A stretch of 55,909 nt of DNA from a virus: IMG/VR virus record IMGVR_UViG_3300036781_000607, positions 1 through 55,909 of that record, one strand, 5' to 3'. Positions 26,671 through 34,236 of the stretch are shown here, piece by piece. How positions within the stretch are numbered: the stretch's first letter is position 1; every line of letters starts with the position of its first letter. The position numbers and the translations under genes are program-made. The notes beneath the pieces were generated by a model that did no database searches, was not told the origin of the DNA, and saw only the letters and a program-made list of their open reading frames with translations.

Positions 26671-26715
26671 GCGTAACGCCAGCAACGGTTTACGCTTTTG
26701 GTAGTAAAAAGAAAA
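26671..26715 (+). promoter_or_regulatory. Hairpin plus diverged leader unit 4
   Basis: GCGTAA-cgCCagcaacGGt-TTACGC at 26671-26695, same architecture as unit 1 with a compensatory C:G to T:A pair. It is followed by TTTTGGTAGTAAAAAG and the ATG at 26721. Confidence 0.55.
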
Positions 26716-26720
26716 CAATT

Positions 26721-27158
26721 ATGAAAATAACAGTTGAAGTAAATGGTAAGCCAGTAGAAATTGAGCTTACAAAAGATCAGGTTGCTTTCGTTAAAAAGCA
26801 ACCACAAAAGATCACTGATCGGATTAAAACTTTTCAGGATGTACTTGATTACATTGGCTTGGAAAGGGCTAATGAATTTTATAAATCTTGTGAAAATTGT
26901 TCAGATCACAATATTGCTGACAAGCAGGTAGAACTGATTTGCGAAGTTTTAAACGAAGGTTGGATAGCAAATCCTTTTAATACAAAGCAATACAAATATT
27001 ATCCTTATTTCCAGGTAAGCGGTTCTGCCTTTGTGTTCCACAACTGCGCTTGGTACCGGATTACGATTGTCGGCTCGCGGCTTTGCTACAAAAATGCTGA
27101 ACTGGCTACATACGCAGGAAAACAATTCGTAGACATTTACACTAAACTATTATCATAA
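26721..27158 (+). CDS. DGR variable protein 1 (145 aa), paralog of 27158-27574
   Basis: Contains VR1. The two share MK..(I/V).VNGK.VEIELT.DQ...VKK...KITDRIKT, NEGW, QYKY.PYF, GSAFVF and IVGSRLC. Confidence 0.8.
   Translation: MKITVEVNGKPVEIELTKDQVAFVKKQPQKITDRIKTFQDVLDYIGLERANEFYKSCENCSDHNIADKQVELICEVLNEGWIANPFNTKQYKYYPYFQVSGSAFVFHNCAWYRITIVGSRLCYKNAELATYAGKQFVDIYTKLLS
27021..27086 (+). repeat. DGR variable repeat VR1 (one codon shorter than the TR)
   Basis: Aligns to TR 27585-27653 with 11 substitutions, all at TR adenines, and one 3-nt deletion. It diverges from the TR after ...ctttgc. Confidence 0.75.
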
Positions 27159-27574
27159 TGAAACTTCCTATCCAGGTAAACGGAAAAACCGTTGAAATTG
27201 AGCTCACTAACGATCAGATCGAAATAGTGAAAAAAGCAAATCAGAAAATTACTGATCGTATTAAAACTGAAGAAGATATTTGGCGCGAGGCAGGAGTCAC
27301 TAAAAGTTTTTGGGGGAAACTACATGTGTTTGATCAGTTAGCTTTGTTAGGTTCTATTTTGAATGAAGGGTGGAAACCTGATTGGAATGATTCAAGTCAG
27401 TACAAGTATGAACCATACTTTAAATGGAACGGTTCTGCCTTTGTGTTCGACAGCTACATCGCTTGGAGCCAGCATACGATTGTCGGCTCGCGGCTTTGCT
27501 TTAAAAGTAGCGACTTAGCTATTTATACAGGAAAACAGTTTATCGATTTATATAATAAAATATTGAGTTTGTAA
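27158..27574 (+). CDS. DGR variable protein 2 (138 aa)
   Basis: Contains VR2, which ends 22 codons before the C-terminus. Confidence 0.85.
   Translation: MKLPIQVNGKTVEIELTNDQIEIVKKANQKITDRIKTEEDIWREAGVTKSFWGKLHVFDQLALLGSILNEGWKPDWNDSSQYKYEPYFKWNGSAFVFDSYIAWSQHTIVGSRLCFKSSDLAIYTGKQFIDLYNKILSL
27431..27506 (+). repeat. DGR variable repeat VR2
   Basis: 76 nt, collinear with the TR. There are 11 mismatches, every one at an A in the TR: AAC>GAC, AAC>AGC, AAC>ATC, GAA>GCT, AAC>AGC, AAT>CAT, AAT>ATT, AGC>GGC, CAG>CGG, CTA>CTT. Confidence 0.9.
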
Positions 27575-27584
27575 TTACCGGCGC

Positions 27585-27660
27585 GGTTCTGCCTTTGTGT
27601 TCAACAACTACAACGAATGGAACCAGAATACGAATGTCAGCTCGCAGCTATGCTTTAAAA
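27585..27660 (+). repeat. DGR template repeat (TR)
   Basis: Non-coding copy between target 2 and the RT. It is rich in AAY codons when read in the VR frame (4 AAC, 2 AAT). Confidence 0.9.
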
Positions 27661-27752
27661 CCTTATTGCAAACTTTACCAGCAAGGTAGAAAAATAAAAA
27701 TTTAAAAGGGTTGTGGTAGTCTCCGGACGAAGCAAACCTTATAAAAAGCAAA

Positions 27753-28715
27753 ATGAAAAGATTAGGCAATCTATATACGGAGATTTGTAGCAAGGATAAC
27801 ATCATTCTGGCTGATCAGAGAGCGCGTAAGCGAAAAGCTAAACAAAGAACTATTAAATTATTTGATGTAAACAGAGAGGCTAATTTAGCTTCTATTGTTA
27901 ACATTTTATCTGAGCAAACTTACAAAGTCTCTGGGTATGAAACTTTCAAAACTTTTGAAGGTAAAGAACGTCTGATATTTAAATTGCCTTATACTGATCG
28001 TGTAGTTCAACATGCTATAATGAATGTATTGGAACCGATCTTTAGAAATTACTTTATAGCCCATACTTATAGTTGTATAAAAGGCCGCGGTATTCACAGG
28101 GCAAAAAATGATGTGGAGAAAGCTTTGAAACAAGGCTTTATGTATTGCCTGAAACTTGATGTAGTTAAATTTTATCCATCAGTCGATCACGAGATTTTGA
28201 AACAGCTTTTAAGAACAAAATTCAAGGATCAGAAATTATTAGGTTTACTGGATACGATCATTGAATCAGCACCAGGTTTACCAATAGGCAACTATCTGAG
28301 TCAGCCTTTAGCTAATTTTTATCTGACACCTTTTGACCGCTGGATAAAAGCAAAGAAATTTCCCTATTTCAGGTATGCAGACGACATGGTCATTTTATCA
28401 TCGAATAAGGCTGAGCTTCAAACTTTACTGCATGAAATTATAGGTTATCTGAAAGATAATTTAAAGCTTGATATCAAAGGAAATTACCAGGTATTTCCTG
28501 TAGCGGCCAGAGGTATTGATTTTGTAGGCTACCGGATTTTTCATACGCACGTAAAACTGCGTAAGTCAATTAAGCTCCGTTATATTAAAACCATGTTGAA
28601 TAATCCGTCAGATACTTCAAAAGCAGCGTATAACGGATGGTTAAAACATTGTGATTCAAAAAACTTAAAAAATAAATATGACACAAGTAATATTTACACT
28701 GATCATCATAGCTGA
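27753..28715 (+). CDS. DGR-type reverse transcriptase
   Basis: N-terminus MKRLGNLYTEICSKDNIILADQRARKRK, the IGNYLSQ motif characteristic of DGR RTs, and catalytic RYADDMVIL. Confidence 0.9.
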   Translation: MKRLGNLYTEICSKDNIILADQRARKRKAKQRTIKLFDVNREANLASIVNILSEQTYKVSGYETFKTFEGKERLIFKLPYTDRVVQHAIMNVLEPIFRNYFIAHTYSCIKGRGIHRAKNDVEKALKQGFMYCLKLDVVKFYPSVDHEILKQLLRTKFKDQKLLGLLDTIIESAPGLPIGNYLSQPLANFYLTPFDRWIKAKKFPYFRYADDMVILSSNKAELQTLLHEIIGYLKDNLKLDIKGNYQVFPVAARGIDFVGYRIFHTHVKLRKSIKLRYIKTMLNNPSDTSKAAYNGWLKHCDSKNLKNKYDTSNIYTDHHS

Positions 28716-28893
28716 ATTAGGAATTTTAACTTATCAAAGTGGAAAGAGTCGTAGTAAAAATTAGACCTCAGAACAGCGAAGCATGGTTCCAGCGCAGATG
28801 GCTATGGACCTGGTGGACCGTAAAGTTTAAAATAGGCTCAACAGGCGAAGTACTGGATTGGGCTGATGCGCAGAACGTACATATCATTATACA

Positions 28894-29232
28894 GTGACTG
28901 ATAATCAGAAAAAGTTAAGGGCCACTACCACGCATTGCAGGTATTGTGGCCAGGCGTTCCACGGCAAAGTAACGGCAACGTTTGACCACTTCTACCCACT
29001 GGACAAACAAGGCCCGAACAGGATGTGGAACAGGTTCGTAGTCTGCAGGGCGTGTAACCAGGACAAAGGCAATAAAATGCCGCAGGAGTTTATAGTGCAC
29101 CTGCTGCATAAGATAAAGCATAACAAGGATATTAACACTAAATATTTCACCCGCGCCAGTAAAACGATAGCTAATATGCTGATCATTGAAGAACAAATCT
29201 GGCCATTATTTGAAGGAAAGGATATATTATGA
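28894..29232 (+). CDS. HNH endonuclease
   Basis: GTG start. CRYCGQ...FDHFYPLDKQGPN..WNRFVVCRACNQDKGNKMP. Confidence 0.8.
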   Translation: MTDNQKKLRATTTHCRYCGQAFHGKVTATFDHFYPLDKQGPNRMWNRFVVCRACNQDKGNKMPQEFIVHLLHKIKHNKDINTKYFTRASKTIANMLIIEEQIWPLFEGKDIL

Positions 29233-29393
29233 AAACATTATTAGAATTACTTTCTGAACAAGAAGAACAAATTAGAATATGGGTTGATGATAATCCAGAA
29301 GCTACTGAACACGAATTTAATGTGGCTAATAATTGTGTAGTTACATTAAACTTTTCAGTTGAAATATTAACACCTAAAAATGATGAAAACTGA
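29229..29393 (+). CDS. Small hypothetical protein (54 aa)
   Basis: ATGA overlap with the HNH stop. Below the ORF-track cutoff. Confidence 0.35.
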   Translation: MKTLLELLSEQEEQIRIWVDDNPEATEHEFNVANNCVVTLNFSVEILTPKNDEN

Positions 29394-29568
29394 AAACACT
29401 TTTAAAGTCATCCGTAACCAAACCACCTCGGAAATGTCTGACCTGATCGGCAGATCCGACTGGAAGAAACCGCAGCTGAACCCGCCCCATTTCCCCGACG
29501 CAAGTGAACGTGAGGTGCATTTCGGGGTATTAGGCAGATTGTTGAAACGTTTAACTAAGAAGCCATGA
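29380..29568 (+). CDS. Hypothetical protein
   Basis: 62-aa ORF. Confidence 0.4.
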   Translation: MMKTENTFKVIRNQTTSEMSDLIGRSDWKKPQLNPPHFPDASEREVHFGVLGRLLKRLTKKP

Positions 29569-29801
29569 AAACAAATTGCTTAAATTCTCACATGGGTGAA
29601 AGTCATAACAGTCGGGCGGATAAAATGTCCGGTATTCCTAAAGCTAATCGTCACCGGCTTGAAGCAATGGCGAAACTTGGGGTTGAAAGAGGTATAAGTG
29701 GTTTAGGTGAACAGAATAAGCAAGGACCATTTGGCAAAAAATTTTATGGGAGAAAACGCAGGATGTTTTTAAAGAACCCTGAAAACTGGGAGAAGATATG
29801 A
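29565..29801 (+). CDS. Hypothetical basic protein
   Basis: 78-aa ORF with overlapping start and stop codons. Confidence 0.45.
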   Translation: MKTNCLNSHMGESHNSRADKMSGIPKANRHRLEAMAKLGVERGISGLGEQNKQGPFGKKFYGRKRRMFLKNPENWEKI

Positions 29802-30088
29802 GTAGAAATAGTTCAGCCTTCATCCAACTCCCAAACGGTGGAACGGCTTTCATTGATGGCCTCAAACAGGACCATGAGTGTAACTCCCACGGTGACGCGG
29901 AGTACCAGACTGCCAGCGGTAAGATGATTTACTGGCACACGCAGCGACAGTGGGCGCATTTGACCACCAAGGCCCGCAGACCACTGCTCTATGCCTACTA
30001 TTCAAGCATCGATGATCCGATCTGTATGGAAACCTGCACCTGTTCAATTTGTAAAGAAAGTAGTATAAGTAAAGCATATTGGTTATGA
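29798..30088 (+). CDS. Hypothetical Cys-rich protein
   Basis: 96-aa ORF. Confidence 0.45.
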   Translation: MSRNSSAFIQLPNGGTAFIDGLKQDHECNSHGDAEYQTASGKMIYWHTQRQWAHLTTKARRPLLYAYYSSIDDPICMETCTCSICKESSISKAYWL

Positions 30089-30324
30089 AAGAAGAAATGG
30101 CAATTATCAGTGACATACACGTAGGCATTCGTGATACGAATCAAGTGATATGTTGGTTTACAGTGACTATGATAGGTTCAGGTTCACTACAAATAATAAG
30201 CATTCAAGAAATGGTTGATTTAATGCAACGAGAGGGTATTTATAAGTTAGAAGATGTTAACGGAAAACCTTGTATCGTTGAGACTGATAGTGGCATGTGC
30301 AAATTTAAAAGATTACTAAAGTGA
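30079..30324 (+). CDS. Hypothetical protein
   Basis: 81-aa ORF. Confidence 0.45.
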   Translation: MVMKEEMAIISDIHVGIRDTNQVICWFTVTMIGSGSLQIISIQEMVDLMQREGIYKLEDVNGKPCIVETDSGMCKFKRLLK

Positions 30325-30869
30325 TCACTTTCCAGGAACATAAAGAAACAGGCTATGCCATGCGGACCTGGGATAATGCCAGGCTCAGTGACCTGACCAT
30401 TGCTTTTGCGATAAACTTTAATACACCTGGTGAGATACTGACTCGGAAAGCTGCTTATGGAAAATATCACGGAGTGGAATTATTGGAATTATTGGAATTT
30501 CCGGAACAACCAGTGCTTACTACTTTATTAGAAATGAGGCGTAGACAGGCTACCTGCATTAATATTGCAGGTAACGGTATTTACTCCCTCAGTAAATTAA
30601 TAGACCAGATAACTGCTGATCAACTGATGTTTAATTTTGTGAAAAAACTGGCTATGAACTGTATGTGGAGCTTTTCAATACGTTCTGGCGGTCAAACTGG
30701 TGTTGATGAAGCAGCGTTAAAAGCCGGGGACAAACTTGGCCTGGAAACAATCTGCCTGGCGCCGAAGCACTGGATGTTCAGGGACATAAACGGCAGGGAT
30801 ATTATTGGCCAGGAGGCTTTGTTCCTGAAACGTTTTGGAGAGAAATATGATGCAACTGATATATTATGA
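30321..30869 (+). CDS. SLOG / YpsA / MoCo-carrier-like protein
   Basis: IRSGGQTGVDEAALKAGDKLGLETICLAPKHW resembles the SGGQTGVD..AL..A...G motif of that family. Confidence 0.45.
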   Translation: MITFQEHKETGYAMRTWDNARLSDLTIAFAINFNTPGEILTRKAAYGKYHGVELLELLEFPEQPVLTTLLEMRRRQATCINIAGNGIYSLSKLIDQITADQLMFNFVKKLAMNCMWSFSIRSGGQTGVDEAALKAGDKLGLETICLAPKHWMFRDINGRDIIGQEALFLKRFGEKYDATDIL

Positions 30870-31138
30870 AATATTACACAGGTTTTAATGCAATGTTGAA
30901 TGGTGATGATTTTATGACAGATCGGATGACCATTGTTAAAACATTTGATGTTGGTGGTATAAGATATCGGCTATGGTATGTTACTGACCGGCGAATTATC
31001 ACCATTGTAAAATCAAAAGGTATCCAGCAAATTGAATATTGTGTATCTCCTGAAATGATGGATGACTGCTACGGCGATGGTGTCGAAATGGCTTGCAGGC
31101 AAATAATTGATTTTGAATTTCCAGAAATAATCGCATGA
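30866..31138 (+). CDS. Hypothetical protein
   Basis: 90-aa ORF. Confidence 0.45.
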   Translation: MKYYTGFNAMLNGDDFMTDRMTIVKTFDVGGIRYRLWYVTDRRIITIVKSKGIQQIEYCVSPEMMDDCYGDGVEMACRQIIDFEFPEIIA

Positions 31139-31404
31139 GAGAGCGTACTATTGAGCAACGCTTTCGGCTGGCGATCAAGTCTCGCGGCGGTCTTTGCCTT
31201 AAGCTAACAACGCCAGGTTTTACTGGAATCCCCGACAGGCTCAATCTCCTGCCTGGAGGCCGATTATTCTTTGCGGAGTTTAAGTATGGTGGCAACAAAC
31301 TATCAATGCGCCAGGAAGCCGTTATTCGCGTACTGAGGGGGTTAGGCTTTATTTGTTGGGTAGTAGATGAGTTTAATATTGATGAATATATAAAATTATT
31401 ATGA
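31135..31404 (+). CDS. VRR-NUC domain nuclease
   Basis: GFTGIPDRLNLLPGGRLFFAEFKYGGNKLSMRQEAVIRVLRGLGF. Confidence 0.7.
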   Translation: MRERTIEQRFRLAIKSRGGLCLKLTTPGFTGIPDRLNLLPGGRLFFAEFKYGGNKLSMRQEAVIRVLRGLGFICWVVDEFNIDEYIKLL

Positions 31405-32048
31405 GAGTTTTAATAGGTTGTGAGGAAAGCCAAGCAGTTACCATAGAGTTTAGGAAACTTGGAATAGAAGCATTTTCATGCGATATTTTGCCTTGTAGTG
31501 GAGGTCATCCTGAATGGCATTTACAACAGGATGTTACAGAATTACTTTTACAACATTGGGATTTAATTATTGCATTTCCACCATGTACACATCTTTGTGT
31601 TTCAGGGGCAAAACATTTTGAGCAGAAACGAAAAGATGGTAGACAGCAACAAGGAATTGATTTTTTCATGTTGTTTGCAAAAGCAAAATGTGAGTTAATT
31701 TCCATAGAAAACCCAATAGGTATAATGAGTAATGAATGGCGAAAACCTGATCAAATCATACAACCTTATCAATTTGGCGATCCTGTTAAAAAAACAACTT
31801 GCTTATGGTTAAAAGGTTTACCAAAATTGAAAGTTACGGAAGATGTAGAAAATGAAGTTAAATATTATACTTCTCCAAACGGTAAGAAAATGTCAGAGTT
31901 TCATGCAAAACAAATTGTGGTAGATGGTAAAAAGTATGGATATCATACTGAACAGTTTAAAAAACACCGGTCAAAAACTTTTCCAGGTATAGCAAAAGCA
32001 ATGGCAGATCAGTGGGGATATTATTTATTAGCCAATGATATATTATGA
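31401..32048 (+). CDS. C5-cytosine DNA methyltransferase-like protein (phage short form)
   Basis: AFPPCTHLCVSG (motif IV-like PC) and ISIENP (motif VI-like ENV). The N-terminus LIGCEESQ is not a canonical FxGxG. Confidence 0.45.
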   Translation: MRVLIGCEESQAVTIEFRKLGIEAFSCDILPCSGGHPEWHLQQDVTELLLQHWDLIIAFPPCTHLCVSGAKHFEQKRKDGRQQQGIDFFMLFAKAKCELISIENPIGIMSNEWRKPDQIIQPYQFGDPVKKTTCLWLKGLPKLKVTEDVENEVKYYTSPNGKKMSEFHAKQIVVDGKKYGYHTEQFKKHRSKTFPGIAKAMADQWGYYLLANDIL

Positions 32049-32115
32049 ACATCAAAACTTGGAATGTGGATACCATCGTTCATTTATTTGAACCGCTTTT
32101 ATGGCTTGATATTAT

Positions 32116-33465
32116 ATGATCTACAAGCCTCATTCATACCAATCCTACGCCATACAGCATTTACTTGATAATCCTGCTGCGGCCCTGTGGCTTTCTGTAG
32201 GACTTGGCAAGAGTTCTATTACGTTAACTGCTATTGAATGGCTGTTAGGTACGTTGGCGATTGATAAAGTCCTTATTGTCGCGCCAAAGCGTGTTGTAGC
32301 ACATACTTGGCCATCGGAACTGAAGAAGTGGTCGCATCTTTCCCATTTAAAAATATCTGTCATCCAGGGCAATGAAAAGCAGCGGATACAGGCGCTTTAC
32401 ACCAAAGCTGATATTTATGCTGTGAGCCGTGATTTGATTGCATGGTTGGTTCACTATATAGGTAAGAACAAAGGTAAGTGGCCCTTTGACATGCTGGTCG
32501 TAGACGAAAGTTCAAATTACAAGAACCCATCAGCTCAACGCTTCAAAGCGTTGAAAAGAATTTTACCTTATTGCCGGCGCACAGTTATACTTTCCGGGAC
32601 TCCAAGCCCAAACGGTCTTTTAGGGTTATGGTCCCAAATCTACCTTTTAGATAAAGGGGAACGCCTGGGGCATACGTATGGAGCGTATAAAGATGAATAT
32701 TTTATCGCTGGGGCAAAACAGGGGCACATTGTTTTTAATTATTATCCAAAGAAAGATGCTGAGCAAAAGATATTTGAAAAAATTTCTGATATCGCACTCA
32801 GCATGGATAAAAAAGATCATTTACTCGATCTGCCGCCGAGATATGATATTTACCAGGAAGTTGAACTTCAAAGCTATAAACGTTATGAAGAATTTAAGAA
32901 AAACGAGGTACTTATTTTAAAAGACGGGTTTGAATTGACTCCGGTTAATGCCGCCAGTATGTACGGAAAATTGCTCCAATACTGTAATGGAGCGGTATAT
33001 CGTGGTGATGGCTCATACGAAATTGTTGATAACTCAAAATTGGAAGAACTTCAGGAAGATGTAGAGGCGTTAGACTCCGATCCGGTATTTATCGTGTACC
33101 AGTTTCAATCCGATTATGAACGGTTTTTAAAGGCCTTTCCTGGTATTGTAAAAGTACAAAGTGATCAACAAATTGACGATTGGAATGCTGGTCTTATACC
33201 AATTGCCTGTTCACAGATACAGTCTTTAGCCTACGGGGTTAATTTGCAAGAAAGCGGGAATCATCTTTATCATTTTGGTTTAGGATGGGATTTGGAACTT
33301 TATCAGCAATTCTGTGGCCGCCTGGACAGGATGGGTAAAAAGAAAGCTACGATCAATAAACATTTTGTTGCAAAGGGCTCGATTGAGCAACTTGTTATAG
33401 AACGATTAGCTGGGAAGTATGATACGCAGGAAAAGCTGATGCAGGCGCTTAAAAGATTTCTATAA
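32116..33465 (+). CDS. SNF2-family helicase
   Basis: LGKSS (Walker A-like), MLVVDESSNYKNP (DExx), LSGTPSPNG. Confidence 0.8.
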   Translation: MIYKPHSYQSYAIQHLLDNPAAALWLSVGLGKSSITLTAIEWLLGTLAIDKVLIVAPKRVVAHTWPSELKKWSHLSHLKISVIQGNEKQRIQALYTKADIYAVSRDLIAWLVHYIGKNKGKWPFDMLVVDESSNYKNPSAQRFKALKRILPYCRRTVILSGTPSPNGLLGLWSQIYLLDKGERLGHTYGAYKDEYFIAGAKQGHIVFNYYPKKDAEQKIFEKISDIALSMDKKDHLLDLPPRYDIYQEVELQSYKRYEEFKKNEVLILKDGFELTPVNAASMYGKLLQYCNGAVYRGDGSYEIVDNSKLEELQEDVEALDSDPVFIVYQFQSDYERFLKAFPGIVKVQSDQQIDDWNAGLIPIACSQIQSLAYGVNLQESGNHLYHFGLGWDLELYQQFCGRLDRMGKKKATINKHFVAKGSIEQLVIERLAGKYDTQEKLMQALKRFL

Positions 33466-34236
33466 AATATCGTACATATTTTCAACAGCGTCAATATACT
33501 CCTGAGATTCTTTTACATATTCTTCGCTGATATCACAGCCTAAATAATTTCTGCCATTTCTTTTTGCTTCAGCACACGTAGTTCCGGATCCGGAAAAAGG
33601 ATCAAAAACAAGGTCCCCAATATTTGACCAGGTATTAATATGATCAGCGGCTAATTGTTCTGGAAATACAGCAGGATGATTTTTACCGCTATTTCCACAA
33701 GCATAGTAAAATATATTACCAGGTATTTTTTCTTCTTTTACAGTTACTTCTTCGGCCCGGCGCCTGAATGATCCTTCTTTAAAACCATACCCTTTATGGC
33801 TTAAATTTTGCTTCATACCGCCAGTTCTGCTTTTTACCAGTAAAGGATTGAATGTAGAGATATTCCCTTTGACAAAGACAAACATATATTCAAATTCCTG
33901 CTCATAACGTTTATGCGTTTGTGGAATAAAATTCAATTTTCCATAAATCATGGTATCGTGTAGTTTGAAACCTAAACTTATAAAAAATAAAGCTTGCCTG
34001 AAAGAATCTCCAGACTCAGAACCGTTCACAGTATGATCGCCCACAACCCAAACTAATATGCCACTGTTTTGAGTTATACGATATAGATTTGTTGCAGTGC
34101 GTTCAAAATCAAAAGTAAAGCCATTATACTTTCTTAATTTTTTACCGTAAGGAGGTGAAGAAACTGTTAATTTTATATGATTAGCCGGAAGGCTGTCCAT
34201 AAAATAATTACATTCTGAGCAAACTATTTTATTCAT
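33460..34236 (-). CDS. DNA methyltransferase (N6-adenine or N4-cytosine, SPPY type)
   Basis: LTVSSPPYGKK and LVFDPFSGSGTTCAEAKRNGRNYLGCDISEEY. Confidence 0.8.
   Translation of the reverse strand: MNKIVCSECNYFMDSLPANHIKLTVSSPPYGKKLRKYNGFTFDFERTATNLYRITQNSGILVWVVGDHTVNGSESGDSFRQALFFISLGFKLHDTMIYGKLNFIPQTHKRYEQEFEYMFVFVKGNISTFNPLLVKSRTGGMKQNLSHKGYGFKEGSFRRRAEEVTVKEEKIPGNIFYYACGNSGKNHPAVFPEQLAADHINTWSNIGDLVFDPFSGSGTTCAEAKRNGRNYLGCDISEEYVKESQEYIDAVENMYDIL

Larger units (their letters stand above)
26721..28715 (+). other. Diversity-generating retroelement cassette (target 1, target 2, TR, RT)
   Basis: See the component features. TR and VR mismatches fall only at TR adenines, and the RT has a DGR-type motif. 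Confidence 0.85.

Noticed and set aside
27608-27805. 65-aa minus-strand ORF between target 2 and the RT
   Set aside because: It lies antisense across the DGR template repeat, the spacer and the RT start. The region is explained by the TR and the RT 5' region, and the ORF has no coding context.
30476-30500. Short tandem repeat ggaattatt x2.5
   Set aside because: It lies in frame within ORF 30321-30869 (ELLELLEF). It is too short and purely coding, with no sign of a separate function.
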